A stretch of 64,000 nt of DNA from Candidatus Latescibacterota bacterium (lineage in GTDB: Bacteria > Latescibacterota > UBA2968 > UBA8231): the NCBI GenBank assembly GCA_965261395.1, contig OZ253462.1:3456001-3520000 (forward strand), in the 5' to 3' direction. The position numbers and the translations under genes were made by a program. This document shows positions 21,625 to 31,212 of the stretch, in pieces. The notes under the pieces were generated by a model. It was not told where the DNA came from. It did not search any database and saw only the letters and a program-made list of their open reading frames with translations. Positions within the stretch are counted from its first letter, which is position 1. Every line of letters starts with the position of its first letter.

Positions 21625-22473
21625 ATGGGTGCGGTGGCAGTCATTGGCTCGGCGACGATAGACCGCGTGGTACAAGGCGGCGCGAGCGCGTACAAGCGCG
21701 GGGGGGTGGTTGCGTATGCTGGGCTGACCTTTGCCGAGTTGGGCGTAAAGACGCGGGTGTTGACCAACGTCGCCGAGGCTGACCGGGCGATGCTGGCGGT
21801 TTTGCAGCAACGGGGTATTGCAGTCTATGTGGGTGAGAGCGCGGCGACGACCTGTTTTGTCAATTACGTCGATGGCGACGCACGGCGTCAGGAGTTGCTC
21901 GCTTGCGCCGCGCCGATTGCCGCGGCTCAACTCGGGCCGGTGCTCGCTGGTGTGGAGCACGTGCATTTGGGACCGCTACACCCGCATGATTTGGCCGAGG
22001 ACGTGCTGACGGCGATGGACGGTGTGGTGAGTTTGGACATCCAAGGCTATGTGCGGCGGATTGAGGGGACGCAGGTGTACCAAGAGGTTGCTAGCGGTCT
22101 GTATGCCGCCCTGCTACGCGCGGACTATGTCAAAACTTCCAACGATGAATTAGAACTCGTACTCGCTGATTGCGGCCTGACGCTGGACCAGTTGATGCGC
22201 GATTACTCGGTGGCAGAGTGGATCGTCACCGAAGGCTCGCACGGCGGCTGGGTCGCCAGTCGGCAAGGGACGCGGACGAAGTTTACGTCGGCCCCGGTGG
22301 CGACGGTCGCTGATCCCACGGGGGCCGGGGACGTGTTTTTCGCCGCGTATTTGGCGCATCGTCTGCACCGAGGAGTGGGGATTGCTACGGCCGCTCAGCG
22401 CGCTGCGGTGTTGGCTGCACGCCAAGTGGAGGGCGGTTTTATCGACGCGGTAATGTTGCGCTTGGAGGGTTGA
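21625..22473 (+). CDS. PfkB-family carbohydrate kinase
   Basis: 'GGVVAYAG' and 'DPTGAGDVF'; GGAG RBS before ATG 21625. Confidence 0.88.
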   Translation: MGAVAVIGSATIDRVVQGGASAYKRGGVVAYAGLTFAELGVKTRVLTNVAEADRAMLAVLQQRGIAVYVGESAATTCFVNYVDGDARRQELLACAAPIAAAQLGPVLAGVEHVHLGPLHPHDLAEDVLTAMDGVVSLDIQGYVRRIEGTQVYQEVASGLYAALLRADYVKTSNDELELVLADCGLTLDQLMRDYSVAEWIVTEGSHGGWVASRQGTRTKFTSAPVATVADPTGAGDVFFAAYLAHRLHRGVGIATAAQRAAVLAARQVEGGFIDAVMLRLEG

Positions 22474-22482
22474 CTGCTGTGT

Positions 22483-23331
22483 TCAGCACTCGGCGCCGCG
22501 CACTTCGCCGCCGAAGTGCTGCATGCGCTCGTCGGTGTCGATCTGGCCAGCGCTGGTGGGTCGGTAGTGTAGCTGTAAGGCGCGGCGCATTTTTTGCGAG
22601 GGGTTAGTCGGGCTGCCGTGGTGGGTCATGCCGTGCCAGAGCAGGCAACCGCCAGGAGCGAGGGGCACGACGACGTCGCGCTCGGTCTGGACATCGGTGT
22701 CGCAGATCTGCCAATCGCGGCGCTTGAAGTGATTGACCGGACCTTCGCGGTGGGTGCCGGGCAAGATGTGCAGGCAGCCGTTTTCCGCGCTGGCGTGGTC
22801 TAAGGAGATCCAAACGCCAATGATGGTGGTGCCCAAGGGATAGTTGAAGTACGCGCAGTCTTGGTGCCAGGGTTTTTCCCGGCCCCCAGGCGGCTTGAGC
22901 AGGGCCATCTCTTGGAAGAGAACGGGCGTGTCGCCCATCAGGCGGGCGAGGACGTCCAAGAGATCCGGGTCGGCGGCCAGCGGTTGAAAGCGCACATCCC
23001 AATCGACGAAATTCATCAGCTTGCGCACCGCCTCACGCCGCGCTGCGCCCGCCAGCTTTTGGCCCTGCGCGGAGACTTCGAGTTGGACGCCGCGAAATTC
23101 GGGCTGTTTGCCGTCAATTAGATCGTACACCGCGTCGCCAGCGGCAGCGACTTGGGCAGGAGAAAACGCCTCTGCTACCGCGAGGTAGCCCTGTTGGTGA
23201 AAGAAGGCTAGCTGCTCGGGGCCGATGTCGGCGAAGCGGGCGACCTGCTGGGCCGCGGCGTCGTAGCGGTAGCGGTCTGGGGCGCAGTCGGCGTGGACGC
23301 CGTCGTCAATGATCGGTTGGGCGCTGGTCAT
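22483..23331 (-). CDS. Phytanoyl-CoA dioxygenase family protein
   Basis: 'KPWHQD', 'WISLD...ENGCLHILPGTH', 'HHGSPTN'. Confidence 0.9.
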   Translation of the reverse strand: MTSAQPIIDDGVHADCAPDRYRYDAAAQQVARFADIGPEQLAFFHQQGYLAVAEAFSPAQVAAAGDAVYDLIDGKQPEFRGVQLEVSAQGQKLAGAARREAVRKLMNFVDWDVRFQPLAADPDLLDVLARLMGDTPVLFQEMALLKPPGGREKPWHQDCAYFNYPLGTTIIGVWISLDHASAENGCLHILPGTHREGPVNHFKRRDWQICDTDVQTERDVVVPLAPGGCLLWHGMTHHGSPTNPSQKMRRALQLHYRPTSAGQIDTDERMQHFGGEVRGAEC

Positions 23332-23561
23332 GTCTGCTCAGCCTCTTCTCCCTCATCCATTGACCGGTCTCGGACCAAGATCGCCATGGGAATCAGTACG
23401 CAGTAGCCGACCACTAGCAGCACGGGCGCGAGGGTGAGGGAGAGGAAACCCTCGGCCGGTGGGATGCGCAAAAACACATAGCCGAGCAAAATCGCGGCTA
23501 AGCCGGCTATGGCCAAGGACCAGTTTTTGCGCGTAAAAGGGAGGTCGCCGTATCGGGCCAT
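23328..23561 (-). CDS. Small membrane protein (DUF3098-like)
   Basis: 'LPFTRKNW...LGY...SLTLAPVLLVVGYCVLIP', two TM helices. Confidence 0.65.
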   Translation of the reverse strand: MARYGDLPFTRKNWSLAIAGLAAILLGYVFLRIPPAEGFLSLTLAPVLLVVGYCVLIPMAILVRDRSMDEGEEAEQT

Positions 23562-23575
23562 GGCGTGGCCCCCTC

Positions 23576-23929
23576 TTACCGCGTCCCCTTTTGGGGAATG
23601 CGGGCGGAGCGACCTTTGCGACCGCGTAGGTAAAAGAGGCGGGCGCGGCGCACCCGGCCCTCGCGCATGCGCTCGATCTTGGCGAGGCGCGGCGAGTGCA
23701 GGGGAAAAATGCGCTCGATGGCGATGCCCTGAGAGATCTTGCGCACGGTAAAGGTCTCTTGGATGCCGCTGCCTTTGCGCTGGATGACGGTTCCTTCAAA
23801 GACTTGGGTGCGTTCCTTGTCGCCCTCGATGACCCGCACGTATATGCGCACGGTGTCGCCAGCGTTGAATTCGGGAATATCGGTTTTGAGTTGGTCCGAT
23901 GTTAGTTCACGCAGGATGCTTGCGTCCAT
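23576..23929 (-). CDS. rplS: 50S ribosomal protein L19
   Basis: 'IPEFNAGDTVRIYVRVIEGDKERTQVFEG...ERIFPLHSP...RRARLFYLR'. Confidence 0.97.
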   Translation of the reverse strand: MDASILRELTSDQLKTDIPEFNAGDTVRIYVRVIEGDKERTQVFEGTVIQRKGSGIQETFTVRKISQGIAIERIFPLHSPRLAKIERMREGRVRRARLFYLRGRKGRSARIPQKGTR

Positions 23930-23945
23930 TGTATCACCTTGTTTG

Positions 23946-24686
23946 TTACGGGGCTTCTTCCAGCCCTTGCTCGTGCCAAGTGGCGATGAGCTGTTGTTCT
24001 TCTTCGTCGAGTTCGATCTGTTGCAGCAAGTCGGGTCGGCGCGCAAACGTGCGCCGCAGGGCTTGGCGTCGCCGCCAATGTTCGATGCGCTCGTGGTCGC
24101 CCGAAAGCAGCGCATCGGGGACGCGCTGGCCGCGGAATTCAAGCGGCCGAGTGTACCAAGGGCAATCGAGTACGGCCTCTTGGAACGAGTCGTCCAAGGC
24201 CGAAGAAAAGTTGCCCAAAACGTTGGGTATGAGCCGTACCACAGCGTCGATGAGGACGAGGGCGGCCGGCTCGCCGCCGGTGAGCACGTAGTCGCCGACC
24301 GAAACTTCTTGGTCGATAAGCTCGGTGCGGATCCGCTCGTCCACGCCTTTGTAATGCCCGCACAACAGCACCAAGCGCTCCTCGAGCGCCAGCTCGACGG
24401 CGAGGGCTTGGTTGAGCGGCTGGCCGTCGGCTGTCAGGTAGATGCAGCGGCTGGCCGCTAAGCCCCGCTCCTGCCAGAGACGGTACACGGGCTCGGGCTT
24501 GAGGACCATGCCGCCGCCGCCGCCGTAGGGCGCGTCATCTACGGTGCGGTGTTTGTCGGTTGCACAATCGCGTGGGTCGTGGGTCTCGACAGCCAATAAG
24601 CCCCGGGCGATTGCGCGGGCCATCATGCTGGTCGCCAACGGCGAGGCGAAAAAATCCGGAAAGAGAGTTACGATGTCTATTTTCAT
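23946..24686 (-). CDS. trmD: tRNA (guanine37-N1)-methyltransferase
   Basis: 'DDAPYGGGGGMVLKPEP', 'CGHYKGVDER', 'SVGDYVLTGGE'. Confidence 0.97.
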   Translation of the reverse strand: MKIDIVTLFPDFFASPLATSMMARAIARGLLAVETHDPRDCATDKHRTVDDAPYGGGGGMVLKPEPVYRLWQERGLAASRCIYLTADGQPLNQALAVELALEERLVLLCGHYKGVDERIRTELIDQEVSVGDYVLTGGEPAALVLIDAVVRLIPNVLGNFSSALDDSFQEAVLDCPWYTRPLEFRGQRVPDALLSGDHERIEHWRRRQALRRTFARRPDLLQQIELDEEEQQLIATWHEQGLEEAP

Positions 24687-25192
24687 GGCTCGAACAGCTC
24701 TTCAACGCCCCGCACGACGACCCGACCCGGCGCAATTTCCACGACAAAGTCGCCGACGGCCGGCACGAGGGCTTCGCCTTTGATACCGCGAACCACGTAG
24801 GCATCTGTGCTCGGCATGGATACGACCTCGACGATGCGGCCCAATGGTTGCCCCTCCGAGTTGACGACCGCGCAATCTACTAGGTCGTCGATGTAGTGCG
24901 TGCCTTCTGGCAGGGTATCGCGCTGATCTGGGGCGATGGTGACATAGCCTCCGACCAGGATTGAACGAGCCTCTTCAGGGGCGTCGATGCCAGCGAATTT
25001 GAGCAACAAGCTCTTGGCATCTGTGCGCCAGCGCTCGAGTTCGAGCGGCCGGTCGGGTCGGCCCGCGCATTGGAGGACGACGTCCCGCAGATCGCTGAAG
25101 CGCTCGACGCGGTGCGTGAGGGCCTCGGCCCGGACTTCGCCGCGCACCCCCCACGGGCGGGAGATATAGGCTACAGCGACGCGCCCGGCCAT
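24683..25192 (-). CDS. rimM: Ribosome maturation factor RimM
   Basis: 'PWGVRGEV', 'YIDDLVDCAV', 'LVPAV'; position between rpsP and trmD. Confidence 0.93.
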   Translation of the reverse strand: MAGRVAVAYISRPWGVRGEVRAEALTHRVERFSDLRDVVLQCAGRPDRPLELERWRTDAKSLLLKFAGIDAPEEARSILVGGYVTIAPDQRDTLPEGTHYIDDLVDCAVVNSEGQPLGRIVEVVSMPSTDAYVVRGIKGEALVPAVGDFVVEIAPGRVVVRGVEELFEP

Positions 25193-25204
25193 GCGGTTGT
25201 CCCT

Positions 25205-25600
25205 CTATGCTTCCTCTTGCTCGGCCGGTTCGGCTGTTGCAGCCGCTTCTTGCTCAGCCGCTTCAGTCGGTTGAACTGGGGCAGCGGCCGCGTTCTTGCG
25301 TCGGCGCTTGGGCTTGTCGCTAGTGAGGGCGTCGTCGCGCACCCGGCCCTCCGCACCCTTCCAGCGGGCCAATATCCCTTGGCTGTGGAAGAGGGCGGCG
25401 ACGGTTTCGCTCATCTGTGCGCCTTTGTTGAGCCACTCTATGGCCCGCTCTGCGTCGATTGTGACTCTGGCGTGCAGGGGGTCGTAGAGGCCCATCTCCG
25501 CGAGGGAGCGGCCGTTGGCGGCGACGCTGATGTGGGCGGCGACGATTCGGTAGTAAGGCTGTTTGCTTTTGCCTATTCTCTTAAGGCGAAGTTTGACCAA
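25205..25600 (-). CDS. rpsP: 30S ribosomal protein S16
   Basis: 'VKLRLKRIGKSKQPYYRIVAA...GLYDP...WLNKGAQMSETV'; TTG start with AGGAG upstream. Confidence 0.95.
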   Translation of the reverse strand: MVKLRLKRIGKSKQPYYRIVAAHISVAANGRSLAEMGLYDPLHARVTIDAERAIEWLNKGAQMSETVAALFHSQGILARWKGAEGRVRDDALTSDKPKRRRKNAAAAPVQPTEAAEQEAAATAEPAEQEEA

Positions 25601-25625
25601 TGCTATTCTCCTTGGCGAAGGATGC

Positions 25626-26954
25626 CTAGCCCACAAGGGGCATTCTTATCTTCGAGCGGCCGCCTTTGGCGCGGCCCATCTGTCGGATCATTTTCTGCAT
25701 CATCTGAAACTGCTTGACTAGCTGGTTCACATCTTGGACGGTCGTGCCGCTGCCATGGGCGATGCGCTTGCGACGGCTGCCGTTGAGAATTTTGGGTTGG
25801 ACTCGCTCTTGGCGGGTCATGGAGTGGATGATGGCCTCGACTTGGGTGAACGCGCTGTCGTCGAGCTGCATGTTCTTGGCGGCCTTATCGCCTCCAGGAA
25901 TCATGCCCATGAGCTGGTCGAGAGGCCCCATGCGGCGCACCGCTTGCAACTGCGAGAGAAAATCCTCAAAAGTGAAAGAGGCCCGGCGGAGCTTTTCTTC
26001 TAGCTGTTTGGCCTCGTCGCGTTCCATGGCCTGCTCGGCCCTTTCCACGAGCGAGACAATGTCGCCCATCCCGAGGATGCGAGAAGCCATGCGGTCGGGA
26101 TGAAAAGGCTCTAGGTCTTCAATTTTTTCGCCGGTGCCGACGAATTTGATCGGCCGGCCGGTGACGGCGCGGATCGACAGCGCGGCTCCGCCGCGGGCGT
26201 CGCTGTCGAGTTTGGTCAGGGCACAGCCGGTAAACGCGAGGCGTTGATTAAAGCGGGCGGCGGTCTCTACGGCGTCTTGGCCCTGCATGCTGTCGGCGAC
26301 AAAGAGGATCTCGTGTGGTTCGACCGCCTGCTGGATGCGGTCCAGCTCGTCCATCATCTCTTCGTCGATGCTCAGGCGGCCCGCCGTGTCTATGAGCGCG
26401 ACGCTGCGATGAGTCTGGCGGGCTTGGTCGATGCCACGGCGGCAGATGGCGACCGGATCAACGCCCGCAGGTTGGCTGAAGACGGGCACGTCGATAGAGA
26501 CCCCCAGCGATTGGAGCTGGGCCACGGCGGCCGGGCGATACACGTCGGCGGCGATCAATAGCGGGGGCCGCCCTCTTTCCTTGAACTGGCGAGCTAGCTT
26601 GGCGGCCATGGTCGTCTTGCCACAGCCCTGCAGGCCGACGAGCATGACGACGGTGGGAGGGTGCTCGGCGAGGTTGGGTGGGCTGTTGTTGCCCCCCAGC
26701 AAGGCGACGAGCTCGCTGTGGACGATTTTGACTAGCTGCTGGCCCGGGGTCAGGCTCTTGAGGACATCTTGGCCGAGGGCTTGCTCTTTAACCCGCTGAA
26801 TGAAGTCCTTGGCGACCTTGAAGTTGACATCGGCTTCGAGCAGAGAGCGGCGAATCTGGCGCAAGGTATCGTCGATGTTGCGCTCGGTGATGCGCCCCTG
26901 CCCGCGGAGCGAGCGGAAGAGGTCGTCAAAGCGTTCGCTGAGTCGGTTAAACAT
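25626..26954 (-). CDS. ffh: Signal recognition particle protein
   Basis: 'GLQGCGKTT', 'DTAGR', 'TKLDSDARGGAALS', 'FHPDRMASRILGMGD', M domain. Confidence 0.98.
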   Translation of the reverse strand: MFNRLSERFDDLFRSLRGQGRITERNIDDTLRQIRRSLLEADVNFKVAKDFIQRVKEQALGQDVLKSLTPGQQLVKIVHSELVALLGGNNSPPNLAEHPPTVVMLVGLQGCGKTTMAAKLARQFKERGRPPLLIAADVYRPAAVAQLQSLGVSIDVPVFSQPAGVDPVAICRRGIDQARQTHRSVALIDTAGRLSIDEEMMDELDRIQQAVEPHEILFVADSMQGQDAVETAARFNQRLAFTGCALTKLDSDARGGAALSIRAVTGRPIKFVGTGEKIEDLEPFHPDRMASRILGMGDIVSLVERAEQAMERDEAKQLEEKLRRASFTFEDFLSQLQAVRRMGPLDQLMGMIPGGDKAAKNMQLDDSAFTQVEAIIHSMTRQERVQPKILNGSRRKRIAHGSGTTVQDVNQLVKQFQMMQKMIRQMGRAKGGRSKIRMPLVG

Positions 26955-27034
26955 GGGCCGATGCGTCGAGTGGTAGAATGGGACAAAGAAGCTAAAATAT
27001 AAATTTAATATATAGATATAGCAACAGAGGCAGG

Positions 27035-27685
27035 TCAGCCGCGCAGGGCGGCGATGACGCCGGCTGGGTCTTGAGCGCCGAAGACGGCTGAGCCAGCCAC
27101 TAAGCTCTGGGCGCCGGCTTGGCGGCAGGCGGCTGCGTTGCCGGTATGGACCCCGCCATCGATGCCGACGGGTATGTCTAACCCACGGCGCGCGATTTCC
27201 GCGCACAGGTCGTGAATTTTGTCGAGGGCGGCGGGCTGAAAGGTCTGGCCGCCAAACCCCGGCTCGACGGACATGACCAAGGCCGAGTCGAGTTCGTCGA
27301 GATAGGGGTAGAGGGCGGAGATGGGCGTACTCGGATTGACCGCGAGGCCGCACTGAAGACCGTGCTGGCGAATGGCGTCGAGTACGGCCCGGAGGTCGAA
27401 CTCGATTTCCACGTGGACGACGAGCGAATCCGCGCCTGCCTCTTTGAAGGGGCCGATAAAGGGCAACGGGTCTTGCAACATCAGGTGCGTGTTGAGTTCG
27501 AGGCGGGTGGTTTGGCGCACGGCTGCGACAACCGGCAACCCAAAGCTGAGGTTGGGGACGAAGTGCCCGTCCATTATGTCGAGATGGAGAAAATCAGCCC
27601 CTCCGCGCTCGACCCGGCCGATGTCTTCGGCTAGGCGGGCGAAGTCGGCGGCCAAGAGAGAAGGGCCGATGCGCGTGGCATTCAT
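27035..27685 (-). CDS. rpe: Ribulose-phosphate 3-epimerase
   Basis: 'HLDIMDGHFVPNLSFG', 'MSVEPGFGGQ', 'IDGG'. Confidence 0.97.
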   Translation of the reverse strand: MNATRIGPSLLAADFARLAEDIGRVERGGADFLHLDIMDGHFVPNLSFGLPVVAAVRQTTRLELNTHLMLQDPLPFIGPFKEAGADSLVVHVEIEFDLRAVLDAIRQHGLQCGLAVNPSTPISALYPYLDELDSALVMSVEPGFGGQTFQPAALDKIHDLCAEIARRGLDIPVGIDGGVHTGNAAACRQAGAQSLVAGSAVFGAQDPAGVIAALRG

Positions 27686-28455
27686 GGTTCCTCCCAGTTG
27701 TCGAAGGCGTCCGGCTCCGGGGGCGGTGGTGCGGCGCTGACGACGAGGTCGATGCGGCTGCGGCGCGGGATGCGCTGCTCGCTCATAGGCGCTTGCGCCA
27801 GGACCGTGCCGACGGGCTTTTGCGCGTCAATGCGTTTGGCGATGTGGCCAATGCGCAATTCGTATTTGCGCAAGGTATCCTCCACAACCCCTATAGACAG
27901 GCCGATTAGATGCGGGACGCGCTTGAGGGCCGCGGCCGGGCCGTTGCTGATCTGGAGGTCAACTGCGCTGCCGCGGGCGAGCTGAGCACCCGGGGGGGGC
28001 GACTGTCCGACGACAGCGCCCTCGGGAAGGGCATCTGAGGAGCGGTAGAGGATTTGGCCGATCTCGAGCTGGTTTCCCTCTAGTTGCAAACGCGCCTCGC
28101 GGAGGCTAACGCGGCGCACGTCGGGCACTTCGTAGTAGCGCGCTCCTTTGCTCACGGTCAAGACGATGCGCCGCCCCTTTTTGACCCATTGACCAACACT
28201 CGGACTTTGATCAACGATCGCGTCGTCTGGGACGGTCTCGTGGTGCAGCGAATCGCCGATGGACATCTTCAGCCCCTCTTCCTCGAGGCGGGCGGATGCC
28301 TCGGACGCAGAAAGGCCTTGGAGGTTGGGTACTTGGACGCTGGGCGTGTCAACGATGTACGGCATGACGATCTCGTCGAGCAGGACGACGACGAGGACGC
28401 CGGCGAGGAGCGCGCCCGCCGCGAGCAGGCCCAATTGGCTGAGGATATTTTTCAT
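27682..28455 (-). CDS. PASTA-domain membrane protein (three PASTA repeats)
   Basis: N-terminal TM; repeats 'VPNLQG...DQSP', 'VPDVRR...GQSP', 'VPHLIG...AQAP'. Confidence 0.88.
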   Translation of the reverse strand: MKNILSQLGLLAAGALLAGVLVVVLLDEIVMPYIVDTPSVQVPNLQGLSASEASARLEEEGLKMSIGDSLHHETVPDDAIVDQSPSVGQWVKKGRRIVLTVSKGARYYEVPDVRRVSLREARLQLEGNQLEIGQILYRSSDALPEGAVVGQSPPPGAQLARGSAVDLQISNGPAAALKRVPHLIGLSIGVVEDTLRKYELRIGHIAKRIDAQKPVGTVLAQAPMSEQRIPRRSRIDLVVSAAPPPPEPDAFDNWEEP

Positions 28456-28462
28456 GGCGCGA

Positions 28463-28527
28463 AACGTTTTATCCGATGACCCGAAGGGGCAGTGCAACGT
28501 TTTATCCGATGACCGAAGGAGCGGTGC
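28463..28527. repeat. Tandem duplication (33/32 bp) of the rsmB 3' end
   Basis: aacgttttatccgatgacccgaaggggcagtgc (28463-28495) versus aacgttttatccgatgaccgaaggagcggtgc (28496-28527). Confidence 0.85.
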
Positions 28528-29833
28528 CTTTGCGGATGCGCGCGGCAAAACTGCCGTCGCCGGCGTGTTGGCCCGGTATGGTCAGCACGTAGCGGCCAGC
28601 CCAGGACTGGGCTGGAAAGTGGACATCGGCGCGTTCCAGCCGAGCGGTCGGGGTCTGCTTTAAGAAGCGCTCGACAATGATCTCGTTTTCCTCCTCTTCC
28701 AAGCTACAGGTGCTATACACCAATACGCCGCCGGGCCGCAGGTGTTCGTAAGCGCGTTGGATGAGCACCTGTTGCCGCGCGGTCAATGCCGCAAATTCGG
28801 CGGGTTTACGCCGCCAGCGGGCGTCCGGTCGCCGACCCAGTACGCCGGTAGCACTGCAGGGCACATCGGCGAGGACTCGGTCGAAGGTACCGCACCCGGG
28901 GGTTGTGCCGTCTCGGGCTACCGGGCGGATGGCGCGCAGGCGCAGGCGCCGGGCGTTTTCGCGCACCCGATTCAGCCGCGGCAGCGAAATGTCGGCGGCT
29001 ACGACCCAGCCGCGATCGGTCATGGCGATGGCGGCTTGCATGGCCTTGCCGCCGGGCGCGCTGCACAGGTCGAGCAGGCGTTCGCCCGGCTGTGGGTCGA
29101 GCAGGGCCACGGCCAAGCCGGCGTTGGGATCTTGGACCTGAAACTGCCCCTGCTGGTAGGCGCGTGAGGCAAAGAGCTCCGCGCCGTTTGCCGCTCGGTA
29201 AAAGCCCGGTCTCGACCCGACCGGGGCTAGGTCGAGTTCGGCGGTCAGTTCGCGGCTGGAGCGCAGCGGATTGAGGTAGATGTTGAGTGCGGCGGGCTGG
29301 TTGTTGGCTATGAGCAAATGCTCGGCGATTTCGCGGCCCCAGCGGCCGACCCAGCGCTCGACCAACCACTCGGGGTGGGAGTGGTACACTGCTAGGTAAC
29401 GCGCCGGGCTTTGCTGCTGATCGGGATAGCAAACTCGCGCACGTTGCCGCAGCAAGTTGCGGAGCACGGCGTTGACCAGTGAGGCGATGCCTTGGTGCGT
29501 CAAGTGCTTGGCTAGCTCGACCGAGGTATGGACGGCCGCGGAATGGGGCACGCGGTCGAGCCAGAAGAGCTGATAGGTCCCGAGGCGCAGGATGTGGCGG
29601 GCCCAGGGCGAGAGTTGGGCGACCGGGCGCGCACAGCAGGTGGCGATGATCCAATCGAGCCGCTTCTGCCACCGCACCGCACCGAGGACTAGCTGGCGGG
29701 CGAAGCGCACGTCGCGATTGGTCGGCAAGCTCGCGTCGAGGACTTGCAACAGTTCGTCGAAGGGCCGGGCCTGCTGCTCTAGGTCGTAAAGTAGGCGCGT
29801 AGCCGCAAGGCGGGCTGGGTCGGGAGGGCGCAC
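28502..29833 (-). CDS. rsmB: 16S rRNA (cytosine967-C5)-methyltransferase
   Basis: NusB-like N-terminus; 'DLCSAPGGK', 'DVPCSATG', 'YSTCS'. Confidence 0.95.
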   Translation of the reverse strand: MRPPDPARLAATRLLYDLEQQARPFDELLQVLDASLPTNRDVRFARQLVLGAVRWQKRLDWIIATCCARPVAQLSPWARHILRLGTYQLFWLDRVPHSAAVHTSVELAKHLTHQGIASLVNAVLRNLLRQRARVCYPDQQQSPARYLAVYHSHPEWLVERWVGRWGREIAEHLLIANNQPAALNIYLNPLRSSRELTAELDLAPVGSRPGFYRAANGAELFASRAYQQGQFQVQDPNAGLAVALLDPQPGERLLDLCSAPGGKAMQAAIAMTDRGWVVAADISLPRLNRVRENARRLRLRAIRPVARDGTTPGCGTFDRVLADVPCSATGVLGRRPDARWRRKPAEFAALTARQQVLIQRAYEHLRPGGVLVYSTCSLEEEENEIIVERFLKQTPTARLERADVHFPAQSWAGRYVLTIPGQHAGDGSFAARIRKGTAPSVIG

Positions 29834-29836
29834 GGC

Positions 29837-31045
29837 TCAGCGCAAGAGGAGCATGGCGCGGTGCAGCTCGGCCGAATCCGTCCGCAGGCGGTAGATGTAG
29901 AGGCCGCTGGCCGCGGGTGCGCCGGTTGCCGACTGGCTATCCCAGTGAATCACGTGCTGCCCCGGGCGCGCGCTTGCTGCAAAGGGCGTGGCTACTTTTT
30001 GACCCATTAGGTTGAAGATGTCGATTTGGGCAAAGCGAGGCCCTCCCTCGGGGATGGCGAAGGGGATAGAGGTGCCGGCGTTAAAAGGATTGGGGTAGTT
30101 CGGCGCGAGGATGGGTTCGCGCGGCAGAGCGAAGCCGGACGGCTCTGAGATAGACGTGGCAATGCCCCCCCATACTACTTGGCTTTCTGCACACGAGCCT
30201 TCGGCGCAGGTATTGAAAACGAGCGTGGTCTCCTGTTCGGCGTCGAGGAGCAGATAGGTCTGGCCGCGCTCATCGCTGGTGGTCGGCACCTGCTGGGCCT
30301 CTCCGACCGGGATGAGGATGGCTTCGCCGTTGACGAGCGCGTACGCCGGGCTTGGTCCAGAGTTGGTAATGTCCCAGGTAAAGGAGGTGCCAGCGCGAAA
30401 GTGCCCAGCCTGCAAGAGGCGCGCCGACACGAGGATTTCGCCTTCGCTGTCGTCGGCCAAGCCGCCAGTGCCGGCTGCAGAAGGGGAGAGAGTTTGCCCG
30501 GCCGAGCGGAAGAAGATGCCTTCCGGCAAAGCCTGCCCTTCGGCATCGCAGTAATTGCGCAAGAACGCGACTTGGGGGCGGATGTCGTCGCGCTCATTAA
30601 AAGAAGGCCCAAGCGACACCACGTCGAGGTAGATGTCTATGGGCGTGGTGGGGCTGATGGAGTCGGCCAAGGTGAACGCCATGTTCACGAGATGGCCCTC
30701 GCCCGCTATCCCTTTACCGCCGAGGGTCGCTATGCCCCATTGGGCGGTCTGGCCTTTTATTTGCGGTGGTCCTGGGGCGACAAAGGAATTGGTCTTCACC
30801 GTCTCGCCTAGCTCGCCCGCGACCGCGGCGATGGCGTTGGCCGGCTCCCAGCTAAACTCGAACTTGACTTGGCGCACGCTGCTCATGTTGCGCGCCGAGA
30901 TACTGAACTCCACGGTGCTATTGGCTGCAAACCCGCAGAAGGGGCCTTCTGCGCCGATGAGGATTTCGGCTGCTGCGTTGGGGCCAGCGGCCGCGAGGCG
31001 GGGCAACGCAGCGACACTTAAGAGGGCTATATACCAGAGGAACAT
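29837..31045 (-). CDS. Secreted protein with C-terminal FlgD-Ig/T9SS-like sorting domain
   Basis: Signal peptide; beta-rich body; 'NYPNPFNAGTSIPF...IFNLMGQKV...WD...ASGLYIYRL...MLLLR'. Confidence 0.8.
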   Translation of the reverse strand: MFLWYIALLSVAALPRLAAAGPNAAAEILIGAEGPFCGFAANSTVEFSISARNMSSVRQVKFEFSWEPANAIAAVAGELGETVKTNSFVAPGPPQIKGQTAQWGIATLGGKGIAGEGHLVNMAFTLADSISPTTPIDIYLDVVSLGPSFNERDDIRPQVAFLRNYCDAEGQALPEGIFFRSAGQTLSPSAAGTGGLADDSEGEILVSARLLQAGHFRAGTSFTWDITNSGPSPAYALVNGEAILIPVGEAQQVPTTSDERGQTYLLLDAEQETTLVFNTCAEGSCAESQVVWGGIATSISEPSGFALPREPILAPNYPNPFNAGTSIPFAIPEGGPRFAQIDIFNLMGQKVATPFAASARPGQHVIHWDSQSATGAPAASGLYIYRLRTDSAELHRAMLLLR

Positions 31046-31212
31046 GCACTTTTCCCGATAGATTAAGTTCAAAAAGTACAGCAAACAAATGTACACAACA
31101 CTAGCGTCTAGGCAAGCGCGCAGGCTGCACCTTGACCAAGTTTTGCCGCGTTTTATTATTGTCTAAGCCGAGTCATGCCAACCTCCATATATGTGGATTA
31201 TCTATGATAATT

